From IMG/VR virus record IMGVR_UViG_3300044782_000023: a stretch of DNA of 64,000 bases; one strand, written 5' to 3'. This document shows positions 44,396-53,946 of this stretch, in pieces; the first letter of the stretch is position 1, and each line of letters starts with the position of its first letter. The stretch is from a virus. Below the pieces are notes generated by a model that did not search any database, was not told where the DNA came from, and was given only the letters and a program-made list of their open reading frames with translations. The translations under genes and the position numbers were made by a program.

Positions 44396-44683
44396 ATGAG
44401 TAAGCCCACTGTCAGAGGGTACTTTCAGCCCGTCAAGGATCGGCTGAACAACGTGATGCTGATCCGCGTGGCGTGCGAACCCTGCAACCGATGGCATGCG
44501 CACGGAGATGGCTCTTTAGACGAGGACCGGACTCCTGTAGGCGAGTTGACTCACCGGTCAAGCCATTGCGTCGACCCACAGAACTACCCCAATGGCTATT
44601 GGATCGAGATCCAGCCCGACCCCTACGATCCTCGATGGTCGGCGCCTCGCGGGAAGATTAGCACCGCCTATCGACGTAGTTGA
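44396..44683 (+). CDS. Zn-binding hypothetical protein
   Basis: GAGGA RBS; CEPCNRWHAHG. Confidence 0.6.
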   Translation: MSKPTVRGYFQPVKDRLNNVMLIRVACEPCNRWHAHGDGSLDEDRTPVGELTHRSSHCVDPQNYPNGYWIEIQPDPYDPRWSAPRGKISTAYRRS

Positions 44684-44709
44684 CAAGCGGTTGTCATGCT
44701 AGATATGAT
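44680..44709 (+). promoter_or_regulatory. promoter/operator
   Basis: TTGACA-18-TATGAT with TGACAAGCGGTTGTCA. Confidence 0.7.
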
Positions 44710-44737
44710 CGACTCAACAACCAACATTGGAGCACTC

Positions 44738-44848
44738 ATGCCCTGGTCGCTGTTCCTCACCATCCTGGCGCAGGTCGTCATCGGGTCCGCTGTGGCGTTC
44801 TTCGTCACCGCGATCGCCTTTGGCATAGTCAAGGGGATGCGGAAGTGA
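44738..44848 (+). CDS. 36-aa single-TM protein (absent from ORF track)
   Basis: GGAG RBS; MPWSLFLTILAQVVIGSAVAFFVTAIAFGIVKGMRK. Confidence 0.55.
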   Translation: MPWSLFLTILAQVVIGSAVAFFVTAIAFGIVKGMRK

Positions 44849-45171
44849 ACGAACCTCCCACAGAACAGGTCCGGTACACCCCGACCATCCGCCACGACAC
44901 CCAGACCGATCAGGTCACCATCGACTGGCACGACACGCGCCCCTCAAAAATCCTGATCAGTGCCGAGGTACTGCAATCCCTGATCGACCAGCGCAACGCC
45001 ATGGCGACGGCCTCCCATGTGCAGGCCCGACGGATCTCCGCCATGGAAATCCTGCTGACACTGATCCGGCTTGGACGGCGTCCAAACCGGGCCGACTGGG
45101 AGGCAGCACAGTTGACTCCGCTGCCGCCAGCAGTCCGCATGAGCCTCCTCGCACGAAAGGGCCGGATATGA
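44845..45171 (+). CDS. hypothetical protein
   Basis: GTGA coupling. Confidence 0.55.
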   Translation: MNEPPTEQVRYTPTIRHDTQTDQVTIDWHDTRPSKILISAEVLQSLIDQRNAMATASHVQARRISAMEILLTLIRLGRRPNRADWEAAQLTPLPPAVRMSLLARKGRI

Positions 45172-45539
45172 CTAACCTTCAGCGCCGGTTCAGCGCCGCC
45201 ATCGACGCATTCCGCCAGGCAGCGCCGCAGCGATACCTGATAGTCGAGTCGCTGGCCCCGATTGGTTATCGCATCGGGTGGCACATCCTGCACGAATTCG
45301 TCGACTACCACGACGCTCACCTGTACCGGTCTGAGCACTACCCAGACCGACGCATTCGCATCATGGTCGAATCTGAATGGCGCCGACGGACTATCGACAT
45401 CGCACGCGGACAGGTCCCGTGGATAGCGATGGCCAAGATCGAAGCCCAATTGGCGCTCGTCCGGTCCGAACTCGCGGACGAGCGGTCCATTGGCCGGGCT
45501 CGCTTGCTCGACACGTTCGGCCAATCCGAGCATCCCTAA
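45168..45539 (+). CDS. hypothetical protein, 123 aa
   Basis: ATGA coupling. Confidence 0.55.
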   Translation: MTNLQRRFSAAIDAFRQAAPQRYLIVESLAPIGYRIGWHILHEFVDYHDAHLYRSEHYPDRRIRIMVESEWRRRTIDIARGQVPWIAMAKIEAQLALVRSELADERSIGRARLLDTFGQSEHP

Positions 45540-45569
45540 ACTGTCGCACCCCAATGGGAGACTGAACGC

Positions 45570-46751
45570 ATGAGCGAAACAGACCTGTACGACAAGTACG
45601 GACCCGTCAAGCCGTCCAGCAAGGGCATCCCGGCGCTACTGAACCCGGACGACCGAGAGGACCCGGACCGGCCGCTGCGGACCGAGGATCTGATCCCCCG
45701 GCACGGCTCGCACGACACCCCGAAGATCTGGCTACCGGACGGTTCCGGAATGCAGTACTACGGGCGGCCTTCCGGCTGGGGTGCGTGTGCCGACAATGAG
45801 GAACTGATCGCCGAATGGTCCACCTCCAAGGTCGTGGAGGGCCTGCTGGACACCGGCGAGCAGGGCCGGACGCTGCGTGGCGAGCGCGCCATGCTCGGCC
45901 CGCGCGAGGAGAACAAGGGCGCGCACAAGGCGCTGCACAAGAAGGCCAAGAACCTCGTTTTCACCGCCGACCGTGAAGGCACGCTGAAGCACAAGATGAC
46001 CGAGAAGTATGATCTTGGCATCGGTTTCGCCCAGGTAGAGGAGTACGACTATGTGATCGACGAGTGGGTCCGGCTGACCCGTTTCATGCCGAACGTGCAT
46101 CTGGCCAGTGGCCGCGAAGGCGTGGAGTGCTTCGTTGCCATGGACAAGCAGCGGCTGGACCAGTACGGCCAGCCGATGTTCGACGAGGACGGCACACCCA
46201 TCATGATCCGGACGGCGGGCACGTTCGACCGGCTGAAGCGCTGGACCCCCTGCCCGATCTGCGGGAAGTCCAACCGGATCGTGGACCTGAAAACCAGTAG
46301 CGTGAAATCGTTTCCGTACGCACAGCGCAAGTCGGGGATTCAGTTGGGCCAGTATGGCAACGCCGAGGAGTACGTGCCCTGGCCGGACGGGAAAGGCGCG
46401 GACCGCTACCCGCTGCCGGACGTATGCCTGCATACCGGAATCCTCGTGTCCATCCCGCCGGACGCACCCGGCAGTCTGCATTACGTCGACATCGCCCGGG
46501 GTTTCTTCCGCGCCGTGTCCCTGATTCCGTGGATCAAGGAGCACCAGAAGGAACAGGACTGGATGGTGGAATTCACTCCCACGCCGAACATCTGGCTCCT
46601 CATCGACCAGGCCACTACCACGACTGAGGTGCAGGCGCTCTGGCGTCAGCATCCCGGTGAGCACTGGGAAGGCGCGCTCACCAAATACGCGTGCGCGCGC
46701 ATCGACACCCTCAGCAAAGGAGTGATCACATGGGCGCCGAACATGACCTGA
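45570..46751 (+). CDS. PD-(D/E)xK exonuclease (RecB/Cas4/RecE-like)
   Basis: EGVEC...AGTFDRL...IVDLKTS...QLGQY. Confidence 0.75.
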   Translation: MSETDLYDKYGPVKPSSKGIPALLNPDDREDPDRPLRTEDLIPRHGSHDTPKIWLPDGSGMQYYGRPSGWGACADNEELIAEWSTSKVVEGLLDTGEQGRTLRGERAMLGPREENKGAHKALHKKAKNLVFTADREGTLKHKMTEKYDLGIGFAQVEEYDYVIDEWVRLTRFMPNVHLASGREGVECFVAMDKQRLDQYGQPMFDEDGTPIMIRTAGTFDRLKRWTPCPICGKSNRIVDLKTSSVKSFPYAQRKSGIQLGQYGNAEEYVPWPDGKGADRYPLPDVCLHTGILVSIPPDAPGSLHYVDIARGFFRAVSLIPWIKEHQKEQDWMVEFTPTPNIWLLIDQATTTTEVQALWRQHPGEHWEGALTKYACARIDTLSKGVITWAPNMT

Positions 46752-46799
46752 AAGACTAGTCCCCGGATCAGCAGTACATCAACCAGAGGAGGCCCTGTC

Positions 46800-47822
46800 A
46801 TGGGAACCGAGAACCAGATCGATCACATCGCCATCGTCATCGACGCCAGCGACTCCATGCGCGCGCTGAGGGAAGCGGTCGTCAAGGTCGTCGACGGCCA
46901 GATCGCCTACCTGGCGCGGCGTTCCAAGGAACTGGACCGGGAAGTCAGGGTCACCGTCTACACGTTCGCGAGCACGGTGGAGTGCCTGATCTTCGACAAG
47001 GACGTGCTGCGCCTGCCGTCCATCGCGTCGATGTACCGGACGAAAGGCATGACCGCGCTGATCGACGCCACCATCAAGTCCCAGCAGGACCTGGCGACCA
47101 CATCCACCATCTACGGTGACCACGCTTTCCTGTCGTTCATCGTGACGGACGGGTACGAGAACCGCAGTCGTCAGAGCCCGCAGCACCTGCGCTCGCTCCT
47201 TGCGTCGCTGCCGGACAACTACACCGTCGCGACCCTCGTGCCGGACCATCAGTCGATGGATTGCGCCATCCGCAACGGGTTTCAGCGGGACAACGTGCGG
47301 ACCTGGGACGCCACCAGCGAATCCGGCGTGGCCCTGGCTGGCGAGTCCATGAACACCGCCACGGAAAACTTCTTCGCAGGCCGCGCTTCCGGCCAACGCG
47401 GCTCCCGCACGATCTTCTCCACCGGCACCGACGTGGTCAATGCGGCGACCGTGAAGACGGCGCTCGCCCCACTGGCCGGGGACAAGTACCGGCTGATCCC
47501 AGTTGAACCGCAGGGCCTGGACAGGGTCCGGGTCGACAACTTCATCCGGCTGGACTGTGGGATGGAATTCAAGTTGGGCTCGGTCTTCTACCAGTGGAAC
47601 AAGCGGGAGAAGGTCCAGCCGCAGAAACGTCTTGCGGTGGTGGAGAAGAAGACCGACCGGGTGTACGTCGGCACGGGGGACGAGATCCGTCAGATGATCG
47701 GCCTGCCGGACATGTCCGTCACTCAGAAGGCCACCCCCAACCCGGATTACGACGTGTTCGTCCAGTCCACCGCCCCGAACCGCAACCTCATGGCTCACAC
47801 GAAAGTCCTGGTGATGCTGTGA
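46800..47822 (+). CDS. von Willebrand factor A domain protein
   Basis: MIDAS motif IDASDSM, TALIDA, IVTDGYEN. Confidence 0.82.
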   Translation: MGTENQIDHIAIVIDASDSMRALREAVVKVVDGQIAYLARRSKELDREVRVTVYTFASTVECLIFDKDVLRLPSIASMYRTKGMTALIDATIKSQQDLATTSTIYGDHAFLSFIVTDGYENRSRQSPQHLRSLLASLPDNYTVATLVPDHQSMDCAIRNGFQRDNVRTWDATSESGVALAGESMNTATENFFAGRASGQRGSRTIFSTGTDVVNAATVKTALAPLAGDKYRLIPVEPQGLDRVRVDNFIRLDCGMEFKLGSVFYQWNKREKVQPQKRLAVVEKKTDRVYVGTGDEIRQMIGLPDMSVTQKATPNPDYDVFVQSTAPNRNLMAHTKVLVML

Positions 47823-48250
47823 GCGACGAGGTGGCCGAGCGCCGGTCTGACGCGGTGTCCGGTGTGCTGTACGAGCCCGGCCAGGCACCTGCCCTGGCCG
47901 GGCTCGACCCGGCGCAGGCGCGGATGGGCATCGGTGGCCCACTGGCTGGGAAGGTGCTGCGCTCCAATAGTTCCCGGTTGTACTACCGCCTGCCGTCCGT
48001 GACGGTTGTTGCCGACTTCGATACTGGGCGGATCGCGGACGTCACGGCCGAAGCGCCGGTGTCCATGACGTACGTGCCGAGGTTCGTGACGATCATCGGC
48101 CGGACGTACCGGATCTGGGTGGATGAGGAGTGGTGGAGCGAGGCCGATGGCAACCTAGTGGATTCTGGTCTTGAGGACCGGGTCATCGCCACGCTGATCG
48201 ATGCCGATCCGGCGGATTGCCGCCGCTGCCAATTGCTTCCGGTGACATGA
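47819..48250 (+). CDS. hypothetical protein, 143 aa
   Basis: GTGA coupling. Confidence 0.55.
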   Translation: MSDEVAERRSDAVSGVLYEPGQAPALAGLDPAQARMGIGGPLAGKVLRSNSSRLYYRLPSVTVVADFDTGRIADVTAEAPVSMTYVPRFVTIIGRTYRIWVDEEWWSEADGNLVDSGLEDRVIATLIDADPADCRRCQLLPVT

Positions 48251-48309
48251 ACCTGTAAACTGCTTGATGTACGACCGAAACCATCCAGCGAAACGAAAGA
48301 GGCTCAAGA

Positions 48310-49077
48310 ATGAGCGAGCACGACGACGTCGAAGAGGAACTGTACGACCGGTACGAGGCAGCCTCAACAGGCAACCTCGCCCCTGTGGTGAGTTGGAAAA
48401 AGGCTGACATCGGTGACTCGTTCACCGGCATCCTGCTCCCCGCCGACCCGCTGAAGCGCCCCGACAAGGGGTACGCGGTCCGGCGTGAGTACAAGCAGGC
48501 GAACAAGAAGGAAGGCCAGGAGGCCGGTTACACGGTCTGGCCGCCGAAGAACAACGTCGACAAGATCTTCCGCCCCGTCGTGGAGTCCGAGTTCGCCTCC
48601 CGCTGGCCGACTGAGGACCTGTCGAAGGCCCGCAAGGTCGGCCAGTACCACTACACGTTCGAGACCGGACTGCACGACGGCAGCCTCCTGTCCGGTCCGT
48701 ACCGGGAGCGGTTGAAAGACATGGACCCGCCGGTCGATCCGGCCACCGTCACCGGCCGTCGGATCATCGAGCAGGGCAAGGACCTCACCGAAAAAATTGA
48801 GGCCGCGCTGAAGCCGGTCGGCCGCAAGCCAATGCCCGGCCAGATCTGGACGGTGGCGATCGAAAACCGAGTCGGCAACGACTACGGCGGTGAGACCACC
48901 ATCTACAAGGTGACGATCCAGGCTCCCACCCAGGACAGCCGGGCCGTCGTCGCGGCGCACATCCAAGCCGCCAAGGACGCGGACGCGGCTGCCGGTGAAG
49001 CCGAAGACGCTGCCGCCGGTGAGAAGTTCGCCGGTGTCTCGACGGCTGGCAGCACCGAAGGGCCCCCACCCTTCTAG
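48310..49077 (+). CDS. putative single-stranded DNA-binding protein
   Basis: WKKADIGDSFTGI beta-rich core; acidic/Pro tail ending in Phe; recombination context. Confidence 0.5.
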   Translation: MSEHDDVEEELYDRYEAASTGNLAPVVSWKKADIGDSFTGILLPADPLKRPDKGYAVRREYKQANKKEGQEAGYTVWPPKNNVDKIFRPVVESEFASRWPTEDLSKARKVGQYHYTFETGLHDGSLLSGPYRERLKDMDPPVDPATVTGRRIIEQGKDLTEKIEAALKPVGRKPMPGQIWTVAIENRVGNDYGGETTIYKVTIQAPTQDSRAVVAAHIQAAKDADAAAGEAEDAAAGEKFAGVSTAGSTEGPPPF

Positions 49078-49132
49078 AACGTCCTGCGGTGGAGTTCCGC
49101 CGCACCTACATACTTCGACAGAGGAGATTCGC

Positions 49133-49414
49133 ATGGTTAAGGCATTCGATCCGAGCAAGGCCCGCGAGCAGGCGGAAGCCACTATTAAGGCCGCACAGGA
49201 CGTGCGGGCGAAACTGGTAGAGAAGGTCACCAAGGCCGCCGGTCGCCTTGAGTCCGCCACGACCGCTCGGGACGCCGCGCAGGCGAAGGTGGACGAGCAG
49301 GACGCGTTGATCGCCCGTCAGCGTTCCTACCTGGCGGCGACGGCTGAACTGGTCATCGCCTCGTCCGAGGGCGCGGTCGAACGCGAGGAAACGGCTGTCG
49401 CTTCACCCTTCTAA
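49133..49414 (+). CDS. coiled-coil hypothetical protein
   Basis: AGGAG RBS. Confidence 0.6.
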   Translation: MVKAFDPSKAREQAEATIKAAQDVRAKLVEKVTKAAGRLESATTARDAAQAKVDEQDALIARQRSYLAATAELVIASSEGAVEREETAVASPF

Positions 49415-49429
49415 CCCGTCCCCTCAACT

Positions 49430-49472
49430 GACCGACCGCCACCTGTTGGACTAGGTGGCGGTCGGTCCTTTT
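49430..49472 (+). terminator. intrinsic terminator
   Basis: GACCGACCGCCACCT/AGGTGGCGGTCGGTC stem followed by CTTTT. Confidence 0.7.
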
Positions 49473-49480
49473 GGAGCGTC

Positions 49481-50068
49481 ATGCCGCCGAAGATCTGTAC
49501 CCGCTGCAAGGGCGCCGACAAGGCCCCGGGGAAACAGAAATGCTACGAGTGTCTGATGCTGGAGCAGTCGCCGTACGCCCAGGAAATGGACGCCGAGCGT
49601 CGTCTGGCGTGCGTTCCGGTCGAGATGCGGCTGGAGCGGGTGCCGAACACCCAATGGCCGACCGGCCGCCGCTGGTGTTCCGGCTGCCAGTCGTTCCGGC
49701 GGGTCGTGGACTGTGTTGGTTCGCGGTGCCAGGTGTGCGCTGGCCGGGCAGCCTGGGAGGCGATGCTCCCGCGCACGTACAAGATCGGGCTGTCGGACGG
49801 TTCGGTGCGTCCGTTCACCGCCGACGATTACCGGGTGCTGTACCGGGAGTGCGGTGGCCGGTGTCCGATCTGCCACCGGAAGGTGGTGTCCAAACGGATG
49901 GCAGTTGACCATGACCATGAAACCGGGTTAGTACGAGGACTTTTGGACGCCTCGGATGACTGGGGATGCAACCGGGCGGTGCTCGGGAACATTAGAGACC
50001 TGGCGATGGCCCGGCGGATCGTGGAGTACCTGGAATCTCCGCCCGCCGTCCGCATCATTACCAGTTGA
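49481..50068 (+). CDS. recombination endonuclease VII-like protein
   Basis: CPICH...VDHDHETGLVRGLL...CNRAVLG plus N-terminal CxxC pairs. Confidence 0.82.
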   Translation: MPPKICTRCKGADKAPGKQKCYECLMLEQSPYAQEMDAERRLACVPVEMRLERVPNTQWPTGRRWCSGCQSFRRVVDCVGSRCQVCAGRAAWEAMLPRTYKIGLSDGSVRPFTADDYRVLYRECGGRCPICHRKVVSKRMAVDHDHETGLVRGLLDASDDWGCNRAVLGNIRDLAMARRIVEYLESPPAVRIITS

Positions 50069-50094
50069 CAAGTGGTTGACAAGTCTCGTAGTCT
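50065..50094 (+). promoter_or_regulatory. promoter/operator
   Basis: TTGACA-18-TAGTCT. Confidence 0.65.
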
Positions 50095-50132
50095 CTTCCT
50101 ATGGAATCCCTTGACTACCAGGAGACGCAACG

Positions 50133-50339
50133 ATGATCAGCAAAGACACCTTCCTCGGCTACGACCGCGACGGCGACCTGGTGTACCGGCGACCTGACGG
50201 TCGGGTCTACCATACCGACCTCGACGCCACCGACCTCGACATCAATGGGGCCGAATGCCCGTGCGTGTTCGACCTCGTCAGCCACGACGAGAACACCTAC
50301 CTAAGACTCTTCGGTCCAATCACGAGGAAGCCGCGATGA
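50133..50339 (+). CDS. hypothetical protein, 68 aa
   Basis: AGGAG RBS. Confidence 0.6.
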   Translation: MISKDTFLGYDRDGDLVYRRPDGRVYHTDLDATDLDINGAECPCVFDLVSHDENTYLRLFGPITRKPR

Positions 50340-50608
50340 TCGACGCGGACGACGAGCGGATCTCATACATTCCTTTCGACGACGTCACTAAGGCCCGAGG
50401 GCTGGTCGAGGCGTGGCGCGACGCCTGGTGGTCGGTCCATCCCGAACGGGGTCTGATCATGTGGAGGCCGAACCGCCGGTCGGCGGGGTTCCCGCAGTGC
50501 AACCAGAACGAGATCATCGCCAGGAAAATCGGGGACAAGATGTATCCCTGGGCCGAGATTCGGCAGATTCCGCTCGTACTGATCCCCCGTGGACCAGATG
50601 AGTACTGA
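50336..50608 (+). CDS. hypothetical protein, 90 aa
   Basis: ATGA coupling. Confidence 0.6.
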   Translation: MIDADDERISYIPFDDVTKARGLVEAWRDAWWSVHPERGLIMWRPNRRSAGFPQCNQNEIIARKIGDKMYPWAEIRQIPLVLIPRGPDEY

Positions 50609-50609
50609 T

Positions 50610-50744
50610 ATGGACGAGACCGTGTCCACCGAAAACGCCACCAGCGGGATTGCGCTGATCATGGCTGAAACAAACCGGCGCCAGCACCTCGTCGACAACT
50701 GGCAGGGCTTCAGCCACGCCGCGAGAACGGCGACGGGGAAGTGA
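50610..50744 (+). pseudogene. 44-aa truncated duplicate of the 50806 gene
   Basis: 50621-50691 nearly identical to 50847-50926. Confidence 0.5.
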
Positions 50745-50805
50745 TCACCTACTGATCTCTGACAACAACTTGACAAGCGCTTGGCAACCGTGGGAGGATG
50801 GGTCC

Positions 50806-51138
50806 ATGACGAAGACGAGCACACTCAGCACTACGATATTGAAGAACGTGTCCACCGAAAACGCCACCAGCGGGATTGCGGTGGCGGCGCTCATCATGGC
50901 TGAAGCCAACCGGCGGCAGCACCTCGCCGGTGGCGTCCAGTCCATCCAGTGGGACCGAGCGAACGGCGTCGGCGTCCTCGTGGACGACGAAGGGCAGATG
51001 ATCCACTTGGCCAACGCGTTGTCCCTGACCGTCCGGATGGTCCCCCGGAAGATCGACGGGGGCAAGCAGGGCGTCGGTCACGGACGAACCGGCGAGTTCG
51101 CCGGGCACCTGGTCACCGTCTGGTACGTGGAGATCTGA
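50806..51138 (+). CDS. hypothetical protein, 110 aa
   Basis: GGAGG RBS; preceded by TTGACA-18-GAGGAT (50770-50799). Confidence 0.6.
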   Translation: MTKTSTLSTTILKNVSTENATSGIAVAALIMAEANRRQHLAGGVQSIQWDRANGVGVLVDDEGQMIHLANALSLTVRMVPRKIDGGKQGVGHGRTGEFAGHLVTVWYVEI

Positions 51139-51263
51139 TGGCCCTCGCCATCGTCTTCCCGGACGGGAAGCGGGGAGACATCGACGACCTCATGGACTAC
51201 ATCATGTCCATGATCCTCGAACACCCCGATGCCACCCTCAAGATCAAGGTGGACGCGCCATGA
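51138..51263 (+). CDS. hypothetical protein, 41 aa
   Basis: TGATG and ATGA couplings. Confidence 0.5.
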   Translation: MALAIVFPDGKRGDIDDLMDYIMSMILEHPDATLKIKVDAP

Positions 51264-51460
51264 AAATCCTCCGGCTTGTCGACGGCAAGGTCTATGAGGC
51301 GGTTGAAACTCGGCCGACCGTCGTCTTCGATGTGCACACCGGAGCCCAGGACGTCCTGGTGGCCGAGACGCTGGACGGTGACGATGTCCTCGGGCCCGGC
51401 GACGTCGCCGGAACCAGTACTTGGCTGGACGGCTTCGGGGTCGTCACCGGCGCGTCGTGA
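51260..51460 (+). CDS. hypothetical protein, 66 aa
   Basis: Coupled ORF. Confidence 0.5.
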   Translation: MKILRLVDGKVYEAVETRPTVVFDVHTGAQDVLVAETLDGDDVLGPGDVAGTSTWLDGFGVVTGAS

Positions 51461-51972
51461 ACGCCCGCGCGGGAGTCGTGACGTCGCAGGTGGTGTGGCT
51501 GGCCAGCCTGCCGCTGACGGCGCACGCTCCCACGCTCGAAGGCTCCATCAAGGGCGCGGTGGCCGGTTTCGTGGCCGCCGCGCTTTCATCGTTCCTCCCG
51601 GACCTGGACCACCCGAAATCCACCGTCGGCCGATACGTTCCCGGCTGGGTCCGCTGGCTGATGGGCGGACATCGGATGGGCTCACACTCGCTGGCGTCCG
51701 TCGCCGTTGCCTGGTGGCTGACCGGGTACCTGCTGGACAACCCAATCGTCGCGAACGCCGTTGCCGTCGGCTGGCTGTCGCACATCCTCCTGGACATGCT
51801 GACCATTCAAGGTGTCGGCCTGCTCTACCCGTTCACCCGGCTCCGGTTCCGCCTGGCCAGCATGGTCACCGGATCGCGCGGTGAAGACGTGTTCGTGATG
51901 ATCATGAAAGGTGTCGGCGGGGTCTTCCTTGTCGGCTACGGCTTCCTGCTCGTCCAATCCCTCGGAGTCTGA
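51457..51972 (+). CDS. YdjM/DUF457-like membrane-bound metal-dependent hydrolase
   Basis: LPDLDH, HRMGSHS, SHILLDMLT, LLYPF; several TMs. Confidence 0.8.
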   Translation: MNARAGVVTSQVVWLASLPLTAHAPTLEGSIKGAVAGFVAAALSSFLPDLDHPKSTVGRYVPGWVRWLMGGHRMGSHSLASVAVAWWLTGYLLDNPIVANAVAVGWLSHILLDMLTIQGVGLLYPFTRLRFRLASMVTGSRGEDVFVMIMKGVGGVFLVGYGFLLVQSLGV

Positions 51973-52743
51973 ATGGCACTGCATATGACGTCAGACGTCA
52001 TACAGGAACTGGTCCGCGGATTCCGCGCACGTCTCCCGCAGGAGGCGTGCGCTTTCGTCGTCGCCGACCAGGGCGACCCGTCCCTCGCGGTGCGGGTCCA
52101 CTGGATGGCCAACGTCTCCCCGTCCCCCATCAACGAGTACCTGATGGATGACGACGCCGTCCGGCTGGCTTACACCGAGTTCGACCAGCGCGCGGAGGAA
52201 GTCCTGGCCGTCGCCCATTCCCACCCGACCAGCGAGCCGGTGATGAGCGCGAAAGACCGCGAGCGAGCCGGTGACACGACAATCGCCTACTTGATCGTCT
52301 CGCTGGCGCAGCAGAGACCAAGGATCGGGGCGTGGCGGGTCGAACGGTTCATCGGCAACACGGTCGTACACTACGAGCCGATCGACGTCGTGCAGCAGAC
52401 ACCGATACCAGTCGGTCCGTGGGCTCTGCTGCCCGGCAACTACGTCCGCATCGCCTACCAGCGGACGGGGAAGACGCCTCTGGTTACGGTGCTCGCTACC
52501 ACCGGCACATGCGACGGCACCGATGTGCTGCTCGAACCAGACAACAGCACCGGTCCCCGATCGCTGCCGTTGGAGCGCATCCGGTCCGTGCATATGCTAC
52601 AAGAAGGCCAAGCAGCCTCCACCGCTCGGCGACAACTGCGCTCCGTGGCGCGTGCTCTCCTGGATGACATCTCGGCGACCCCGGCGCTGGTCGGCGTGCT
52701 CGCGCGAGCATTTCCGGAGCACATACAGATCGACCAGCGATGA
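51973..52743 (+). CDS. JAB/MPN+ metalloprotease with extra C-terminal domain, 256 aa
   Basis: QEACAF and HSHPTSEPVMSAKD (JAMM motif). Confidence 0.8.
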   Translation: MALHMTSDVIQELVRGFRARLPQEACAFVVADQGDPSLAVRVHWMANVSPSPINEYLMDDDAVRLAYTEFDQRAEEVLAVAHSHPTSEPVMSAKDRERAGDTTIAYLIVSLAQQRPRIGAWRVERFIGNTVVHYEPIDVVQQTPIPVGPWALLPGNYVRIAYQRTGKTPLVTVLATTGTCDGTDVLLEPDNSTGPRSLPLERIRSVHMLQEGQAASTARRQLRSVARALLDDISATPALVGVLARAFPEHIQIDQR

Positions 52744-52940
52744 GCGTCACCATGACCATCATCCGGGTGACCATCCTCGGCGGCCCCACCGACGGATGGT
52801 CGGGGCGTATCCGGGTCCCCCTCGAAGAGGAAGCGCTCGGGCGCATCCGGCTGGCTGGGATCGTGTTCCGTGTCCACCACGGTGGTGGACGGATGCTACT
52901 GGTTCACCCATCCGCCCAGGGGTTGCTGTGGCGCCGTTAG
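52740..52940 (+). CDS. hypothetical protein, 66 aa
   Basis: ATGA coupling. Confidence 0.5.
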   Translation: MSVTMTIIRVTILGGPTDGWSGRIRVPLEEEALGRIRLAGIVFRVHHGGGRMLLVHPSAQGLLWRR

Positions 52941-53242
52941 ACAGCGTCGGTGCCGAGGGTGTGGGCTTCGGCTTTCAGGGCGGCGATGCTGGCGCGGATC
53001 TCCGCGAGCCGGGCCAACCGTGCGGACTGGATGGCCTGCCAGTCGGCGATCGACGCGAGCGTGGCAGCGCACCCGTTCTTCTTGTCTTGGCCGAGCAGGA
53101 ACCTGTCGTTATTGACGATCGCAACACCCAGTTCTTGCAGCAACTTGTTCCTCATGTTGCTGCTGTCGCCCGCGTCGAACAATGCCCCGTCGCAATAGAT
53201 CGCGGACAGGTCACCTGACCGGTGTAGTTGCCACTGCGCCAT
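52937..53242 (-). CDS. hypothetical protein, 101 aa
   Basis: GAAAGGGA RBS; end of leftward operon. Confidence 0.55.
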   Translation of the reverse strand: MAQWQLHRSGDLSAIYCDGALFDAGDSSNMRNKLLQELGVAIVNNDRFLLGQDKKNGCAATLASIADWQAIQSARLARLAEIRASIAALKAEAHTLGTDAV

Positions 53243-53280
53243 CGTCGTCCCTTTCGATCGTAGTCAGCCGTAAACGTACA

Positions 53281-53487
53281 TCACGACAGGTCCTTCGGTT
53301 CAGCCACGGCGTGCCACGGCCTGTTCTGGGCAACGACATAAGCGTCGCCATCGGGTGACATCTGGTACGCCTCGGCGTCGCTGTGCTGGCCGGGGACCGC
53401 GACGACGATCGCGATGACGTCGCCGATCGGCAGCCGCTCGCGGCGCAGACGCTTCCCGTCATACTTCCCGCCGATCAGATGTATCAT
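53281..53487 (-). CDS. hypothetical protein, 68 aa
   Basis: TGATG coupling. Confidence 0.5.
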   Translation of the reverse strand: MIHLIGGKYDGKRLRRERLPIGDVIAIVVAVPGQHSDAEAYQMSPDGDAYVVAQNRPWHAVAEPKDLS

Positions 53488-53882
53488 CAGATCCCCCTGC
53501 GGTGGGATAGTGAACGTTGCTGGCTGACCGCGGCCACTGACCGGCCGAGGCGGCGGGCCAGTTGCAGGGCAGTCTGCGCGTACCGGCGTCCATCCGGCTT
53601 CTCCGTGATCAGAGCCAATTCATCCGACGTCCATTCCTTCCTGTAGTTCTTGCCCCGGCCAGCGGCGGCCCGCTTCGCACGCATCATGTCCAGGTGCGCA
53701 GCCGTGCAGACTTCGCACTTGCAGCCCCAGTTCCGGTACGTGCTGGCGTTATGGACGGTCGGAACGCCATCCTCCCGCCGGACCCGCTGGACGTACATCC
53801 GCTGCGTGTTCCCGTCCGTGCATATATCGCACCGGCACAGCAGTGCGTACCGTCGGGCTGTCCCATGCTTGGCGCTACTCAT
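53487..53882 (-). CDS. Zn-finger plus HTH putative DNA-binding protein
   Basis: HGT...CRCDIC and HNASTYRNWGCKCEVC; C-terminal WT..EL...LARRLGRS. Confidence 0.6.
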   Translation of the reverse strand: MSSAKHGTARRYALLCRCDICTDGNTQRMYVQRVRREDGVPTVHNASTYRNWGCKCEVCTAAHLDMMRAKRAAAGRGKNYRKEWTSDELALITEKPDGRRYAQTALQLARRLGRSVAAVSQQRSLSHRRGI

Positions 53883-53946
53883 GCTATTACCACCAATTGG
53901 TTGACGGACGAGACACCGTAGTTCACAGCAGTTCGCCAATTCTCGC

